Shown: piece after piece, positions 1-12,789 of the stretch
Layout of the letters: each line of letters opens with the position of its first letter
How positions within the stretch are numbered: the first letter of the stretch is position 1
Origin: an uncultured Candidatus Pelagibacter sp.
GTDB lineage: Bacteria; Pseudomonadota; Alphaproteobacteria; Pelagibacterales; Pelagibacteraceae
Length of the DNA: 64,000 nucleotides
Direction: 5' to 3'
Assembly: GCA_905618895.1 (NCBI GenBank)
Contig: CAJQTA010000004.1
Span: forward strand, 1,978 to 65,977
Translations under genes and position numbers: made by a program
Notes under the pieces: model-generated
Told to the model about the DNA's origin: nothing
Databases searched by the model: none
Seen by the model: only the letters and a program-made list of their open reading frames with translations

Positions 1-385
1 TAAAAGTTTTTATTGCACTTGTTACCATTGGGCCTCGCCATATCATTGGTGTTTGTTGGTCAGCAAGGAATCCAATAGACATACACTGAATATCGTATTT
101 GATAATTGGAGTTAAATTTTGACCATCGCTTTGAGGTTTTTCATTAATATCAAACATCTTAGGAACTGAAGGGCCATAAATATCAGCGTCAAGTAGCCCA
201 ACTTTGCAACCAATATTCTTTAATGCTAAAGCAAGGTTTGTTGCAAATGTAGATTTTCCAACCCCACCTTTTGCGCTTGAAACTGCTATAGTAAATTTTG
301 TTCCTTTAATTGGGTTTTTTTCTGGTGGCTTTCCACTCATTTTTTTTCGCATTGCGTCACTAAGTTCAGGCTTTTCTTTTGGCAT
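1..385 (-). CDS. mrp: Mrp/NBP35 (ApbC) Fe-S cluster carrier ATPase, 5' part; runs off the window
   Basis: Not in the ORF track. Manual minus-strand translation from ATG at 385: MPKEKPELSDAM...IAVSSAKGGVGKSTFATNLALAL...VGLLDADIYGPSVPKM, the Mrp P-loop and DADIYGPS motifs. Confidence 0.93.
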   Translation of the reverse strand, partial: MPKEKPELSDAMRKKMSGKPPEKNPIKGTKFTIAVSSAKGGVGKSTFATNLALALKNIGCKVGLLDADIYGPSVPKMFDINEKPQSDGQNLTPIIKYDIQCMSIGFLADQQTPMIWRGPMVTSAIKTF

Positions 386-436
386 AATTAGATCTTAACT
401 TGTTTTTCTCTGTAAAGACATTATATACATTGTCGT

Positions 437-1540
437 ATGTCAGATGATTTTAAAGGAAGAGGAGGAAGTCCATGGGGAACACCTCCAGGAGGAAATGGCA
501 ATGGTTCAGGGAATGGACCGAGACCACCTGACATAGAAGCATTAATTAGAGATATTCAAAGTAAAATAAATAAATTTTTACCTGGTGGAAGTTCATCAGG
601 AGGAAAACCAATTGGTTTAGTTTTAATTATTATAGCAGCCATATGGCTAGCAAGTGGATTGTATAGAGTACTGCCTGATGAACAAGGCGTTGTACTTAGA
701 TTTGGTAAATTTATAAAAACTACTCAACCAGGATTAAATTATCATATCCCGTTTCCAGTAGAGTCTGTTCAAACACCAAAGGTTACAAAAGTAAACAGAA
801 TGGATATTGGGTTTAGATCAGAGAGAGATAGTGGCTTTTCTCAAGGTGGAGGAGTTGCTGATGTCCCACAAGAAAGCTTAATGTTAACAGGTGATGAAAA
901 TATAGTTAATATAGACTTTTCAGTATTTTGGGTAATTAAAGATGCGGGCAAGTTTTTATTTCAAATTCAAGATCCAGAGGGAACAGTAAAAGCTGCTGCA
1001 GAAACAGCAATGAGAGAAGTTATTGCAAAAAGTAGAATTCAACAAATTTTGACAGAAGGAAGAGCAAAAATTGAAAGTGAAACACAAGAAATTATTCAAT
1101 CAATTTTAGATGAATACAATAGTGGAATTCAAGTTACACAAGTTCAAACTCAAAAAGCTGATCCACCAGATCAAGTGATTGACGCATTTAGAGACGTGCA
1201 AGCAGCAAGAGCAGATATGGAAAGATCAAAAAATGAAGCAGAAGCTTATGCTAACGATGTAATTCCAAGAGCAAGAGGGGAAGCTGCAAAAATTATGCAA
1301 GCAGCTGAAGCTTACAAACAAAAAGTTGTTGCAGCAGCAGAAGGTGAAGCTAGTAGATTTGTTTCTATTTATACTGAATATGCAAAAGCTAAAGAGGTTA
1401 CTCGAGGAAGAATGTACCTGGAAACTATGGAAAAAGTGTTAGCTGACATTGATAAAGTAATTATTGAAAAAAATGCAGGTTCAGGTGTAGTACCATATTT
1501 ACCTCTACCAGAATTAGGTAAAAAGAAAGTGAGCAATTAA
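437..1540 (+). CDS. hflK: FtsH protease modulator HflK
   Basis: Gly/Pro-rich N-terminus (PWG...PPDIE), TM helix, SPFH domain with MLTGDENIV; overlaps hflC start. Confidence 0.96.
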   Translation: MSDDFKGRGGSPWGTPPGGNGNGSGNGPRPPDIEALIRDIQSKINKFLPGGSSSGGKPIGLVLIIIAAIWLASGLYRVLPDEQGVVLRFGKFIKTTQPGLNYHIPFPVESVQTPKVTKVNRMDIGFRSERDSGFSQGGGVADVPQESLMLTGDENIVNIDFSVFWVIKDAGKFLFQIQDPEGTVKAAAETAMREVIAKSRIQQILTEGRAKIESETQEIIQSILDEYNSGIQVTQVQTQKADPPDQVIDAFRDVQAARADMERSKNEAEAYANDVIPRARGEAAKIMQAAEAYKQKVVAAAEGEASRFVSIYTEYAKAKEVTRGRMYLETMEKVLADIDKVIIEKNAGSGVVPYLPLPELGKKKVSN

Positions 1541-2406
1541 TGAAAGTGCAAAAAATTTTATTACCAATTATTATTGCAATAATAGCATTAACTTTCTTCT
1601 CAGTATTTGTAGTTAAAGAGGTTAATCAAGCAATTGTATTACAATTTGGTGATCCTAAAAAAATTATATTAAAACCAGGTTTAAATTTTAAGATTCCATT
1701 TATACAAAATGTTGTTTTTTTAGATAAGAGAATTTTAAACCTTGATACACCGCCAATAGAAGTAATTGCATCTGACCAAAAAAGATTAATAGTTGATGCG
1801 TTTGCAAGATTTCAAATAGTAGATCCTTTAAAATTTTACATTTCCGTTGGAAATGAAAGAGTTGCAAGATCAAGATTGGCAACAATTATAAATTCAAGAC
1901 TTAGAAATGTTTTGGGTCAACAGGAATTACAAACATTGCTTTCAAAAGATAGAAGCAAACAAATGTCTTTAATTCAAGAAGGTGTTAATAATGAAGCTGA
2001 AAATTTTGGCATCAAGATAGTAGATGTAAGAATTAAAAGAGCAGATTTGCCTGAAGCAAATAGTGAAGCTATTTATAGAAGAATGCAGACTGAAAGAGAA
2101 AAAGAAGCTAAAGAATTTAGAGCAAGAGGAGCTGAAATGGCAGTAACTATAACATCAACAGCTGACAAAGATGTTTCAGTATTATTAGCTAACGCAAATA
2201 AAGATTCAGAGATTATGAAAGGTGAGGGTGATGGAGAGAGAAATAAAATTTTTGCAGAAGCATTTGGTAGAGATCCAGAATTTTTTGCTTTCTACAGAGC
2301 AATGCAGGCATATGAAACAGCATTGATAGGTGGAGACACCTCTGTAATCTTGTCACCTGACAGTGAGTTCTTTAAATTTTTTGGAAATATCAAACCTAAA
2401 AAATAA
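1540..2406 (+). CDS. hflC: FtsH protease modulator HflC
   Basis: SPFH domain, DVRIKRADLP and DPEFFAFYRAMQAY motifs; follows hflK. Confidence 0.96.
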   Translation: MKVQKILLPIIIAIIALTFFSVFVVKEVNQAIVLQFGDPKKIILKPGLNFKIPFIQNVVFLDKRILNLDTPPIEVIASDQKRLIVDAFARFQIVDPLKFYISVGNERVARSRLATIINSRLRNVLGQQELQTLLSKDRSKQMSLIQEGVNNEAENFGIKIVDVRIKRADLPEANSEAIYRRMQTEREKEAKEFRARGAEMAVTITSTADKDVSVLLANANKDSEIMKGEGDGERNKIFAEAFGRDPEFFAFYRAMQAYETALIGGDTSVILSPDSEFFKFFGNIKPKK

Positions 2407-2418
2407 ATCCTAAATATT

Positions 2419-2604
2419 ATGAAGGAGCTAATTATAGCTTTTGGTCTTTTTCTTTTTATTGAAGGGATTTTATATGCGTTATTCCCATCAAAAATGAAAA
2501 ATATGTTACTAAAATTAAATGATGTGACTAATAGTCAGTTAAGAACAGGTGGATTGATATTTGCCGTTATAGGATTTATTATTGTTTGGTACATTAAAAA
2601 TTAA
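2419..2604 (+). CDS. DUF2065 family small membrane protein
   Basis: 61 aa, EGILYALFP...LRTGG pattern; typical position after hflKC. Confidence 0.85.
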   Translation: MKELIIAFGLFLFIEGILYALFPSKMKNMLLKLNDVTNSQLRTGGLIFAVIGFIIVWYIKN

Positions 2605-2605
2605 A

Positions 2606-4021
2606 ATGAATAAATTTAAAAAATTATTAATAACATTAATTCTAATTAATTTTACAAGTCAGGTTTGTGGAAAAGATGCACCAACTTCTTTTGCTGACCT
2701 AGCTGAAAGATTAATGCCTTCTGTTGTAAATATTTCAACCACTACGACTGTAATTACAAACAGTAATCCATTTCCAGGATTTAAATTTCCACCAGGATCA
2801 CCATTTGAAGATATGTTCAAAGAGTTTGGAACACCTGAAAAAAGAAAATCCTACGCTCTAGGGTCAGGATTTATAATTGATGAGAAAGGTATTGTAATTA
2901 CTAACAACCACGTCATTCAAGATGCGGAGGATATAGTAGTCACAGTTAATGGAGAAAAAGAATATAAAGCAAAAGTTATTGGTAAAGATCCACTTTCAGA
3001 TATCGCTGTGTTGCAAATTGATTCAAAAGATAAATTTTCCCCTGTTAAGTTTGGAAATTCTGATAAAGCAAGAATTGGTGACTGGGTTATTGCAATCGGA
3101 AATCCATTTGGCCTAGGTGGAACAGTTACAGCGGGAATCATTTCAGCAAGAAATAGATCAATAGGCTTATCTAGATATGAAGACTACATCCAAACTGATG
3201 CTTCAATTAACTCAGGAAATTCTGGAGGACCTCTATTTGATATGAACGGAGATGTTATTGGAATAAATACAGCAATCTTAGGTCAGTCAGGATCTATTGG
3301 AATTGGTTTTTCAATTCCATCAAATAGCGCCAAAAAAGTTGTGAAACAATTAATAGAATTTGGTGAAACTAAAAGAGGCTGGCTTGGAGTTAGAATCCAG
3401 GTGGTTACAAAAGAAATTGCTGATGTTGAAAAACTAGGAGAACCAAGAGGGGCGTTGGTAGCAAGTGTTGCAGACAATAGTCCTTCAGCCAAAGGTGGAA
3501 TCAGAGCTGGAGATATAATAATAGAATTTAATGGATCTAAAATTAAAGAAATGAAAGAGTTACCAAAAATTGTGGCTCAAACTGAAGTCGGCAGTACTGT
3601 AGATGTAAAAGTATGGAGAAATAAAAAAGAAATCATTAAAAAAATAAAATTAGGTAGATTAGAAACATCAGAAGATTTTAAGGTTAAGGATAAAAAAACA
3701 GAGACCATAAAAGAACCAAAATTTACTGAAATTAAATCTTTAAAAATAGAGGTTAGAGAATTAACTAAAAAAGATATTAAAGAAAGAAAACTTCCCAACC
3801 AAACAACTGGGCTGGTAATAACAAAAATTAAAACTAATAGTCCGATTAATAATCTTAAGATCAATGATATAATAGTTGAAGTTCAAAAAAAAAGAATTAA
3901 ATCAATAAAAGATTTAGAAAATGTAGTTGAGTCAGCTTTAAAATCATCTGAAAAAACAATTCTTATAGTTATATACAACAATCAAAACCAAAGAAGATAT
4001 ATTGGTGTTAAGTTAGATTAA
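2606..4021 (+). CDS. Do/DegQ (HtrA) family periplasmic serine protease with PDZ domains
   Basis: TNNHV, DIAVL and GNSGGPL catalytic motifs. Start moved to ATG 2606 (MNKFKK, signal-peptide-like) from the track's 2582. Confidence 0.93.
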   Translation: MNKFKKLLITLILINFTSQVCGKDAPTSFADLAERLMPSVVNISTTTTVITNSNPFPGFKFPPGSPFEDMFKEFGTPEKRKSYALGSGFIIDEKGIVITNNHVIQDAEDIVVTVNGEKEYKAKVIGKDPLSDIAVLQIDSKDKFSPVKFGNSDKARIGDWVIAIGNPFGLGGTVTAGIISARNRSIGLSRYEDYIQTDASINSGNSGGPLFDMNGDVIGINTAILGQSGSIGIGFSIPSNSAKKVVKQLIEFGETKRGWLGVRIQVVTKEIADVEKLGEPRGALVASVADNSPSAKGGIRAGDIIIEFNGSKIKEMKELPKIVAQTEVGSTVDVKVWRNKKEIIKKIKLGRLETSEDFKVKDKKTETIKEPKFTEIKSLKIEVRELTKKDIKERKLPNQTTGLVITKIKTNSPINNLKINDIIVEVQKKRIKSIKDLENVVESALKSSEKTILIVIYNNQNQRRYIGVKLD

Positions 4022-4023
4022 AA

Positions 4024-4938
4024 ATGGACATTCAGTCCAAGATTATTTTAATTTCAGGTCCCACTGCTTCAGGAAAATCTAGTTTTGCTGTTAAAATTGC
4101 TAAAAAAATTAATGGAGAGATTGTTAATGCAGATAGCATGCAAGTTTACAAGCAATTAAAAATTTTAACTGCTAGACCCAGTAAAAATGAACAAAAAAAT
4201 ATTAAACATCATTTATATGGAGTGGTTGATGTAAGTAAAACTTTCTCTACTGGTCAATGGTTAAGACTTACATTAAAAAAGATAAAAGAAATAAAGAAAA
4301 GAAAAAAAATTCCTATCTTAGTTGGTGGAACTGGACTGTATTTTCAATCTATAATTAATGGATTAGTTAAAATTCCGAATATCCCTATCAAACTAAGAAA
4401 TAAAGTTAGATTAATGCAAAAAGAAGAGGGACAAAAAAATTTTTATAAAAGACTTTTAAGATTAGATAAAAAAATTAAAGGTAAATTTGATTCAAATGAT
4501 ACACAAAGATCAATAAGAGCTTTTGAGATCAAGTTTTATACAAAAGTTTCAATGTATGATTGGCTAGATAAAACTAAGTCATCATTTAATGAAAATGAAT
4601 TTTTAAAGTTATATATTGATTTTAATAGGTCGGAATTAATTAAAAGAATATCACTTAGAACATTAAATATGCTTGAGAAGGGCGCCATAAGCGAGGTTAA
4701 AAGATTTAGTGCCTTAAAAATAAAAAAAAACAGCAGCGTCAATAAGGTAATAGGAGTTAGTGAATTGAAACAATACCTAAAAAATCAAATGACTCTAGAT
4801 GTGGTTAGGGAGTTAATATCCACAAGAACCAGACAATACGCCAAAAGACAAGCCACCTGGGCAAGAAGCAGGATGTCTTCTTGGAATAAAATTGACCCGA
4901 ATGAAATTTCCAGCTGGATAAAAAAAATAAATAAATAA
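4024..4938 (+). CDS. miaA: tRNA dimethylallyltransferase
   Basis: GPTASGKS, DSMQVY, VGGTGLY and TRQYAKRQ motifs. Confidence 0.97.
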   Translation: MDIQSKIILISGPTASGKSSFAVKIAKKINGEIVNADSMQVYKQLKILTARPSKNEQKNIKHHLYGVVDVSKTFSTGQWLRLTLKKIKEIKKRKKIPILVGGTGLYFQSIINGLVKIPNIPIKLRNKVRLMQKEEGQKNFYKRLLRLDKKIKGKFDSNDTQRSIRAFEIKFYTKVSMYDWLDKTKSSFNENEFLKLYIDFNRSELIKRISLRTLNMLEKGAISEVKRFSALKIKKNSSVNKVIGVSELKQYLKNQMTLDVVRELISTRTRQYAKRQATWARSRMSSWNKIDPNEISSWIKKINK

Positions 4939-4948
4939 CGTCTTAAAC

Positions 4949-4978
4949 TTGACCAATTAATACAAAGTCCGATAGATT
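4949..4978 (+). promoter_or_regulatory. Putative sigma70 promoter of ilvB (probably a leaderless transcript)
   Basis: TTGACC(4949-54)-N18-TAGATT(4973-78), 6 nt before the ATG at 4985; no Shine-Dalgarno. Confidence 0.5.
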
Positions 4979-4984
4979 GTCCAA

Positions 4985-6751
4985 ATGGGTAAATTATATT
5001 CAGGAGCAGAAATTGTATTCAAAAGTCTAGAGGACCAAAAAGTAGAATTTATTTTTGGCTACCCAGGTGGAGCAGTACTTCCAATATATGATGAATTAAA
5101 AAATCACCCATCAATAAAACATATTTTAGTTAGACATGAACAAGGAGCGGGTCATGCAGCAGAAGGTTATGCGAGATCATCTGGCAAACCAGGCGTTGTA
5201 TTGGTTACCTCAGGTCCAGGCGCAACAAATGTTGTTACAGCATTAACAGATGCCTATATGGATTCAGTACCTTTAGTTTGTATTTCAGGACAAGTTCCAA
5301 CTCACTTAATTGGAACAGATGCTTTTCAAGAATGCGACACAACTGGAATTACTAGACCATGCACAAAACATAATTGGCTAGTCAAAGACATAAATGATCT
5401 TCCAAGAATAATGCATGAAGCTTTTGAGGTTGCAACAACAGGGAGACCTGGACCAGTATTAGTTGATATCCCAAAAGACGTTCAGTTTGCGAAAGCAAAA
5501 TATTTTAAACCAAAAAAAGAAAAAAAATTAAATGGAAAAGTACAAAATAAGTTTAATCAAAAAGAAATAGATCAATTAATTGACTTAATGAGCAAAGCCT
5601 CTAAACCAGTTTTTTATACTGGAGGTGGAGTAATTAATTCTGGCCCAAAAGCTAGTGAGCTATTAAGAGAGTTGGTTTCTTTAACTGGCTTTCCAATCAC
5701 CTCAACGCTTCAAGGGTTGGGAGCTTATCCAGGAGATGATAATCAATTTTTAGGAATGCTAGGAATGCACGGAACATATGAAGCAAATAATGCAATGCAT
5801 GATTGTGATTTACTAATTAATATTGGTGCAAGATTTGATGATCGGATTACAGGTAAAATTGATGAGTTTTCTCCAAAATCAAAAAAAGTTCATATTGATA
5901 TTGATCCTTCATCTATTAATAAAATTATAAAAGTTGATTTGTCGATTGTAGGTGATGTTGCTGAAGTAATTAGTGCAACTTCTAAAACTTTAAAAAAGAA
6001 AAATTTGAATATAGAAAAATCAAATAAACAAAAAATTTCTAAATGGTGGCAACAAATACAAAAATGGAGAACTAAACAATCTTTAAATTTTATTAATAGT
6101 AATACAATTATTAAACCACAGCATGCAGTACAAAGACTTTATGAGTTAACCAAGGATCAGGATACGTACATAACAACCGAGGTAGGACAACATCAAATGT
6201 GGGCTGCTCAGCACTATAAGTTTAACAAACCAAATAGATGGATGACCTCTGGAGGTCTTGGTACCATGGGCTATGGTTTGCCAGCTGCTGTTGGTGTGCA
6301 AGTAGCACATCCTAAAAAATTAGTAATTGATATTGCTGGAGAAGCTTCAATTTTAATGACTATGCAAGAAATTTCTACTGCAATTCAATACAATTTACCA
6401 ATTAAGATATTTATTTTAAATAATCAATATATGGGAATGGTTAGGCAGTGGCAGGAATTACTCCATGAAAAAAACTATTCTGAGAGTTATTCTGAAGCAT
6501 TACCAGATTTTGTTAAATTAGCAGAAGCTTATGGATGTGTAGGGATTAGAGCAAAATCACCAAATGAGTTAGATGGAAAAATTGAAGAAATGATCAATAT
6601 AGACAAACCAGTAATTTTTGATTGTCATGTTGACCAAGATGAAAACTGCTTTCCAATGATTCCATCAGGGAAACCACATAATCAAATGTTATTAGGCCCA
6701 AAGGATCAAGAAGAAAATAAAATAACAGGAAAAGGGAAGGCTCTAGTTTAA
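4985..6751 (+). CDS. ilvB: Acetolactate synthase large subunit
   Basis: FGYPGGAVL, RHEQGAGHAAEGYAR, SGGLGTMGYGLPAA; followed by small subunit and ilvC. Confidence 0.96.
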   Translation: MGKLYSGAEIVFKSLEDQKVEFIFGYPGGAVLPIYDELKNHPSIKHILVRHEQGAGHAAEGYARSSGKPGVVLVTSGPGATNVVTALTDAYMDSVPLVCISGQVPTHLIGTDAFQECDTTGITRPCTKHNWLVKDINDLPRIMHEAFEVATTGRPGPVLVDIPKDVQFAKAKYFKPKKEKKLNGKVQNKFNQKEIDQLIDLMSKASKPVFYTGGGVINSGPKASELLRELVSLTGFPITSTLQGLGAYPGDDNQFLGMLGMHGTYEANNAMHDCDLLINIGARFDDRITGKIDEFSPKSKKVHIDIDPSSINKIIKVDLSIVGDVAEVISATSKTLKKKNLNIEKSNKQKISKWWQQIQKWRTKQSLNFINSNTIIKPQHAVQRLYELTKDQDTYITTEVGQHQMWAAQHYKFNKPNRWMTSGGLGTMGYGLPAAVGVQVAHPKKLVIDIAGEASILMTMQEISTAIQYNLPIKIFILNNQYMGMVRQWQELLHEKNYSESYSEALPDFVKLAEAYGCVGIRAKSPNELDGKIEEMINIDKPVIFDCHVDQDENCFPMIPSGKPHNQMLLGPKDQEENKITGKGKALV

Positions 6752-6752
6752 A

Positions 6753-7301
6753 ATGGTAAAATCTAAATCTGCATATAGTACACCAAGTAAATTAGGTAAA
6801 TTAGATACTCATATTTTTGTTATTTGGGTAGACAATGAAGCCGGTGTGTTAGCTAGAGTAGTTGGTCTCTTTTCAGGAAGAGGTTACAATATTGAATCAC
6901 TAGCAGTTGCTGAAGTTGATCATAAAAAAAATCTTTCAAGAGTGACAATTGTTACAACAGGAACACCACAAGTAATTGAGCAAATCACACTGCAATTAAA
7001 AAAATTAGTACCAGTCCATAAGGTTGCAAATTTTAAAAAAGAAGACAAAAAAGTAATATTCAAAGAAATGGCACTGTTAAAAATTGCAGGAAATCAGGGA
7101 AAAATTAAAAAAGCTTTAAATGCTTGTAAAAAATATAATCCAGTTATACTAGATGAAACAAAAAAATCTGCTGTAATACAGATAACAGCATTACGAAGAG
7201 AGATAGACAGTGTGACAAAAAATTTAAAACCACTTGGTCTTGTCAGTACCTCAAGAACTGGAGCGGTTGCAATGACAAGAGGTGCAGAAATATTTAATTA
7301 A
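6753..7301 (+). CDS. ilvN: Acetolactate synthase small (ACT) subunit
   Basis: VDNEAGVLARVVGLFSGRGYNIESL. Confidence 0.95.
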   Translation: MVKSKSAYSTPSKLGKLDTHIFVIWVDNEAGVLARVVGLFSGRGYNIESLAVAEVDHKKNLSRVTIVTTGTPQVIEQITLQLKKLVPVHKVANFKKEDKKVIFKEMALLKIAGNQGKIKKALNACKKYNPVILDETKKSAVIQITALRREIDSVTKNLKPLGLVSTSRTGAVAMTRGAEIFN

Positions 7302-7315
7302 TTACAAAAGGATAA

Positions 7316-8338
<1,023 letters not shown>

Positions 8339-8442
8339 TTTTTAATAAAAACCCAAATCGATCAAGATTGTAGTCTAAATATAAAAATTATTTTGCAATC
8401 TCTATTATAGATTGTATTATAGTCTTTTGAAAAACTTCGGTT

Positions 8443-11044
<2,602 letters not shown>

Positions 11045-11049
11045 AAATA

Positions 11050-12270
11050 ATGGAATCAGGTAGCAGAGATGATTTTGTAATTGCAATTCGCTCAGCTTTT
11101 TTAAAAAAAGGAAACCAACAAAGATTTTCATTATTAGGATTAATATTTTTTTCATTAATTTTTTTAATTTTAGGAAGTTTTAATTTTAAAGTTATTGATT
11201 ATATAAAAATTGGAATTAAAGAAATTGCATATAGGTCCTCACTTATTGTTTCTGTTCCTGAGAACTTAATAAAAAATAGTTTTTTTAAAGTTGACGATCA
11301 TTTTAATCACTACAAAGATTATCAAAAAATTAAGTATGAATTAAATTTTCTAAAATCAAAAGATTTATCTAAAACAATCAGTAATCTTGAAAATATTAAG
11401 TTAAAAAAACTAATAGATGATTACTTTATTACGGACAACGAAATATTTGCAAAAGTATTAATTGATAAACAAAGTCCATTTTTAAAATCTGTTATACTTA
11501 ATAAGGGAAGTAGAGATAATATTAAACTAGGAATGGCTGTTCTTGATGGAATACATTTAGTTGGAAAAGTTGTTGAGGTTAATTATTTAACATCAAGAGT
11601 TTTACTACTCTCTGATATAAATGCTAAAATTCCAGTTTCACTGGAGCCAGGTGATATACAAGCAATTATGTCTGGAACTGGAAAAAATAATGGCATTTTA
11701 CAATATACAAAAGAACCAGATTCAGGAAAAAATAATGAAGACATATTAGTTTTTACCTCAGGTGCTGGAGGGCTATTTAAAAGTGGAATTCCAATAGGCA
11801 TAATAAAAAAAGAAAAAAATTTAACAAGCAAAGAAAAAATAGTTGATTTTGGTATAGATTTTTCTCAACTAAAGTATGTGAAAATCTTATCTTTTTCAAA
11901 AGTAGATTCTTATACATTTGAGCCAGCTAAAGAAGAAATAAAGGCAATAAATAAGCAACTTGCAGAAATGAAAATGGCTAAAGAAACTGTAAAGATATTA
12001 TTAGAAGAAAAAAATATTTTCAAAGAGACAAGAAAAAAAATTGAAGAAGAGAATAGTTTATTGAAAAAAAAAATTATCAATTTACAAAATAAAATATCTA
12101 TATCAGATAAAACTATTAAAAAGTATGATGAGCAAATTAACAATGCAAAATTTTTTGAATTAAATAGTTTATATGGAAAAAGATGTAAAAAAACATTTTA
12201 TAATAATCTCTATAAAGTAGGCACCAAAGAATATAGAGACTGTATTTTAAACAAAGGGTTAAAAAACTAG
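11050..12270 (+). CDS. mreC: Rod shape-determining protein MreC with long C-terminal extension
   Basis: N-terminal TM, NKGS..I..GM.V, VFTSGAGGLFKSGIPIG; between mreB and mreD. Confidence 0.9.
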   Translation: MESGSRDDFVIAIRSAFLKKGNQQRFSLLGLIFFSLIFLILGSFNFKVIDYIKIGIKEIAYRSSLIVSVPENLIKNSFFKVDDHFNHYKDYQKIKYELNFLKSKDLSKTISNLENIKLKKLIDDYFITDNEIFAKVLIDKQSPFLKSVILNKGSRDNIKLGMAVLDGIHLVGKVVEVNYLTSRVLLLSDINAKIPVSLEPGDIQAIMSGTGKNNGILQYTKEPDSGKNNEDILVFTSGAGGLFKSGIPIGIIKKEKNLTSKEKIVDFGIDFSQLKYVKILSFSKVDSYTFEPAKEEIKAINKQLAEMKMAKETVKILLEEKNIFKETRKKIEEENSLLKKKIINLQNKISISDKTIKKYDEQINNAKFFELNSLYGKRCKKTFYNNLYKVGTKEYRDCILNKGLKN

Positions 12271-12789
12271 ATGACTAGAATGACTAATTATAACATCAAA
12301 CAATATCTACTTTCATATACTCCAGTAATTTTACTTTTTATCTCAGTATTAAATGAGTTTGATTTCAACTATCTAGGAATAAAATATTTTTCTTTCAACT
12401 TTAGTTATATTTTAATTTTTTACTATAGCGTGAAAAAAAGTGAAAGTTTAGGCTATGGATTAATTTTTATAGCAGGATTATTTAACGATGTTGTTTTAGG
12501 TATGCCCCTAGGAATAAGTAGCTTAATGTATTTACTTATATGTGGATTTGCAGCATATCTTAGAAATATCACATTAAGACCTAGCCTAACAAAAGATTGG
12601 ATATTTTTTTTAATTACAATTTCAGTAGTAAATTCTTTTTTATATTCCATATTGACTGTAATTTTTTTATTTAAAGTAGATTATTTTTATTATGTGACCA
12701 ACACTATGTTTACTTTTTTTATATATTTCATTTTTTCTTACATATTCAGTTTTTTTGGAAATAAAATAATTGGGAAAATAAATGCTTAG
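12271..12789 (+). CDS. mreD: Rod shape-determining protein MreD
   Basis: Hydrophobic, GLFNDVVLGMPLG motif; operon position. Confidence 0.85.
   Translation: MTRMTNYNIKQYLLSYTPVILLFISVLNEFDFNYLGIKYFSFNFSYILIFYYSVKKSESLGYGLIFIAGLFNDVVLGMPLGISSLMYLLICGFAAYLRNITLRPSLTKDWIFFLITISVVNSFLYSILTVIFLFKVDYFYYVTNTMFTFFIYFIFSYIFSFFGNKIIGKINA

Noticed and set aside
204-398. 64-aa plus-strand ORF
   Set aside because: Antisense shadow of mrp, which has clear motifs on the minus strand.
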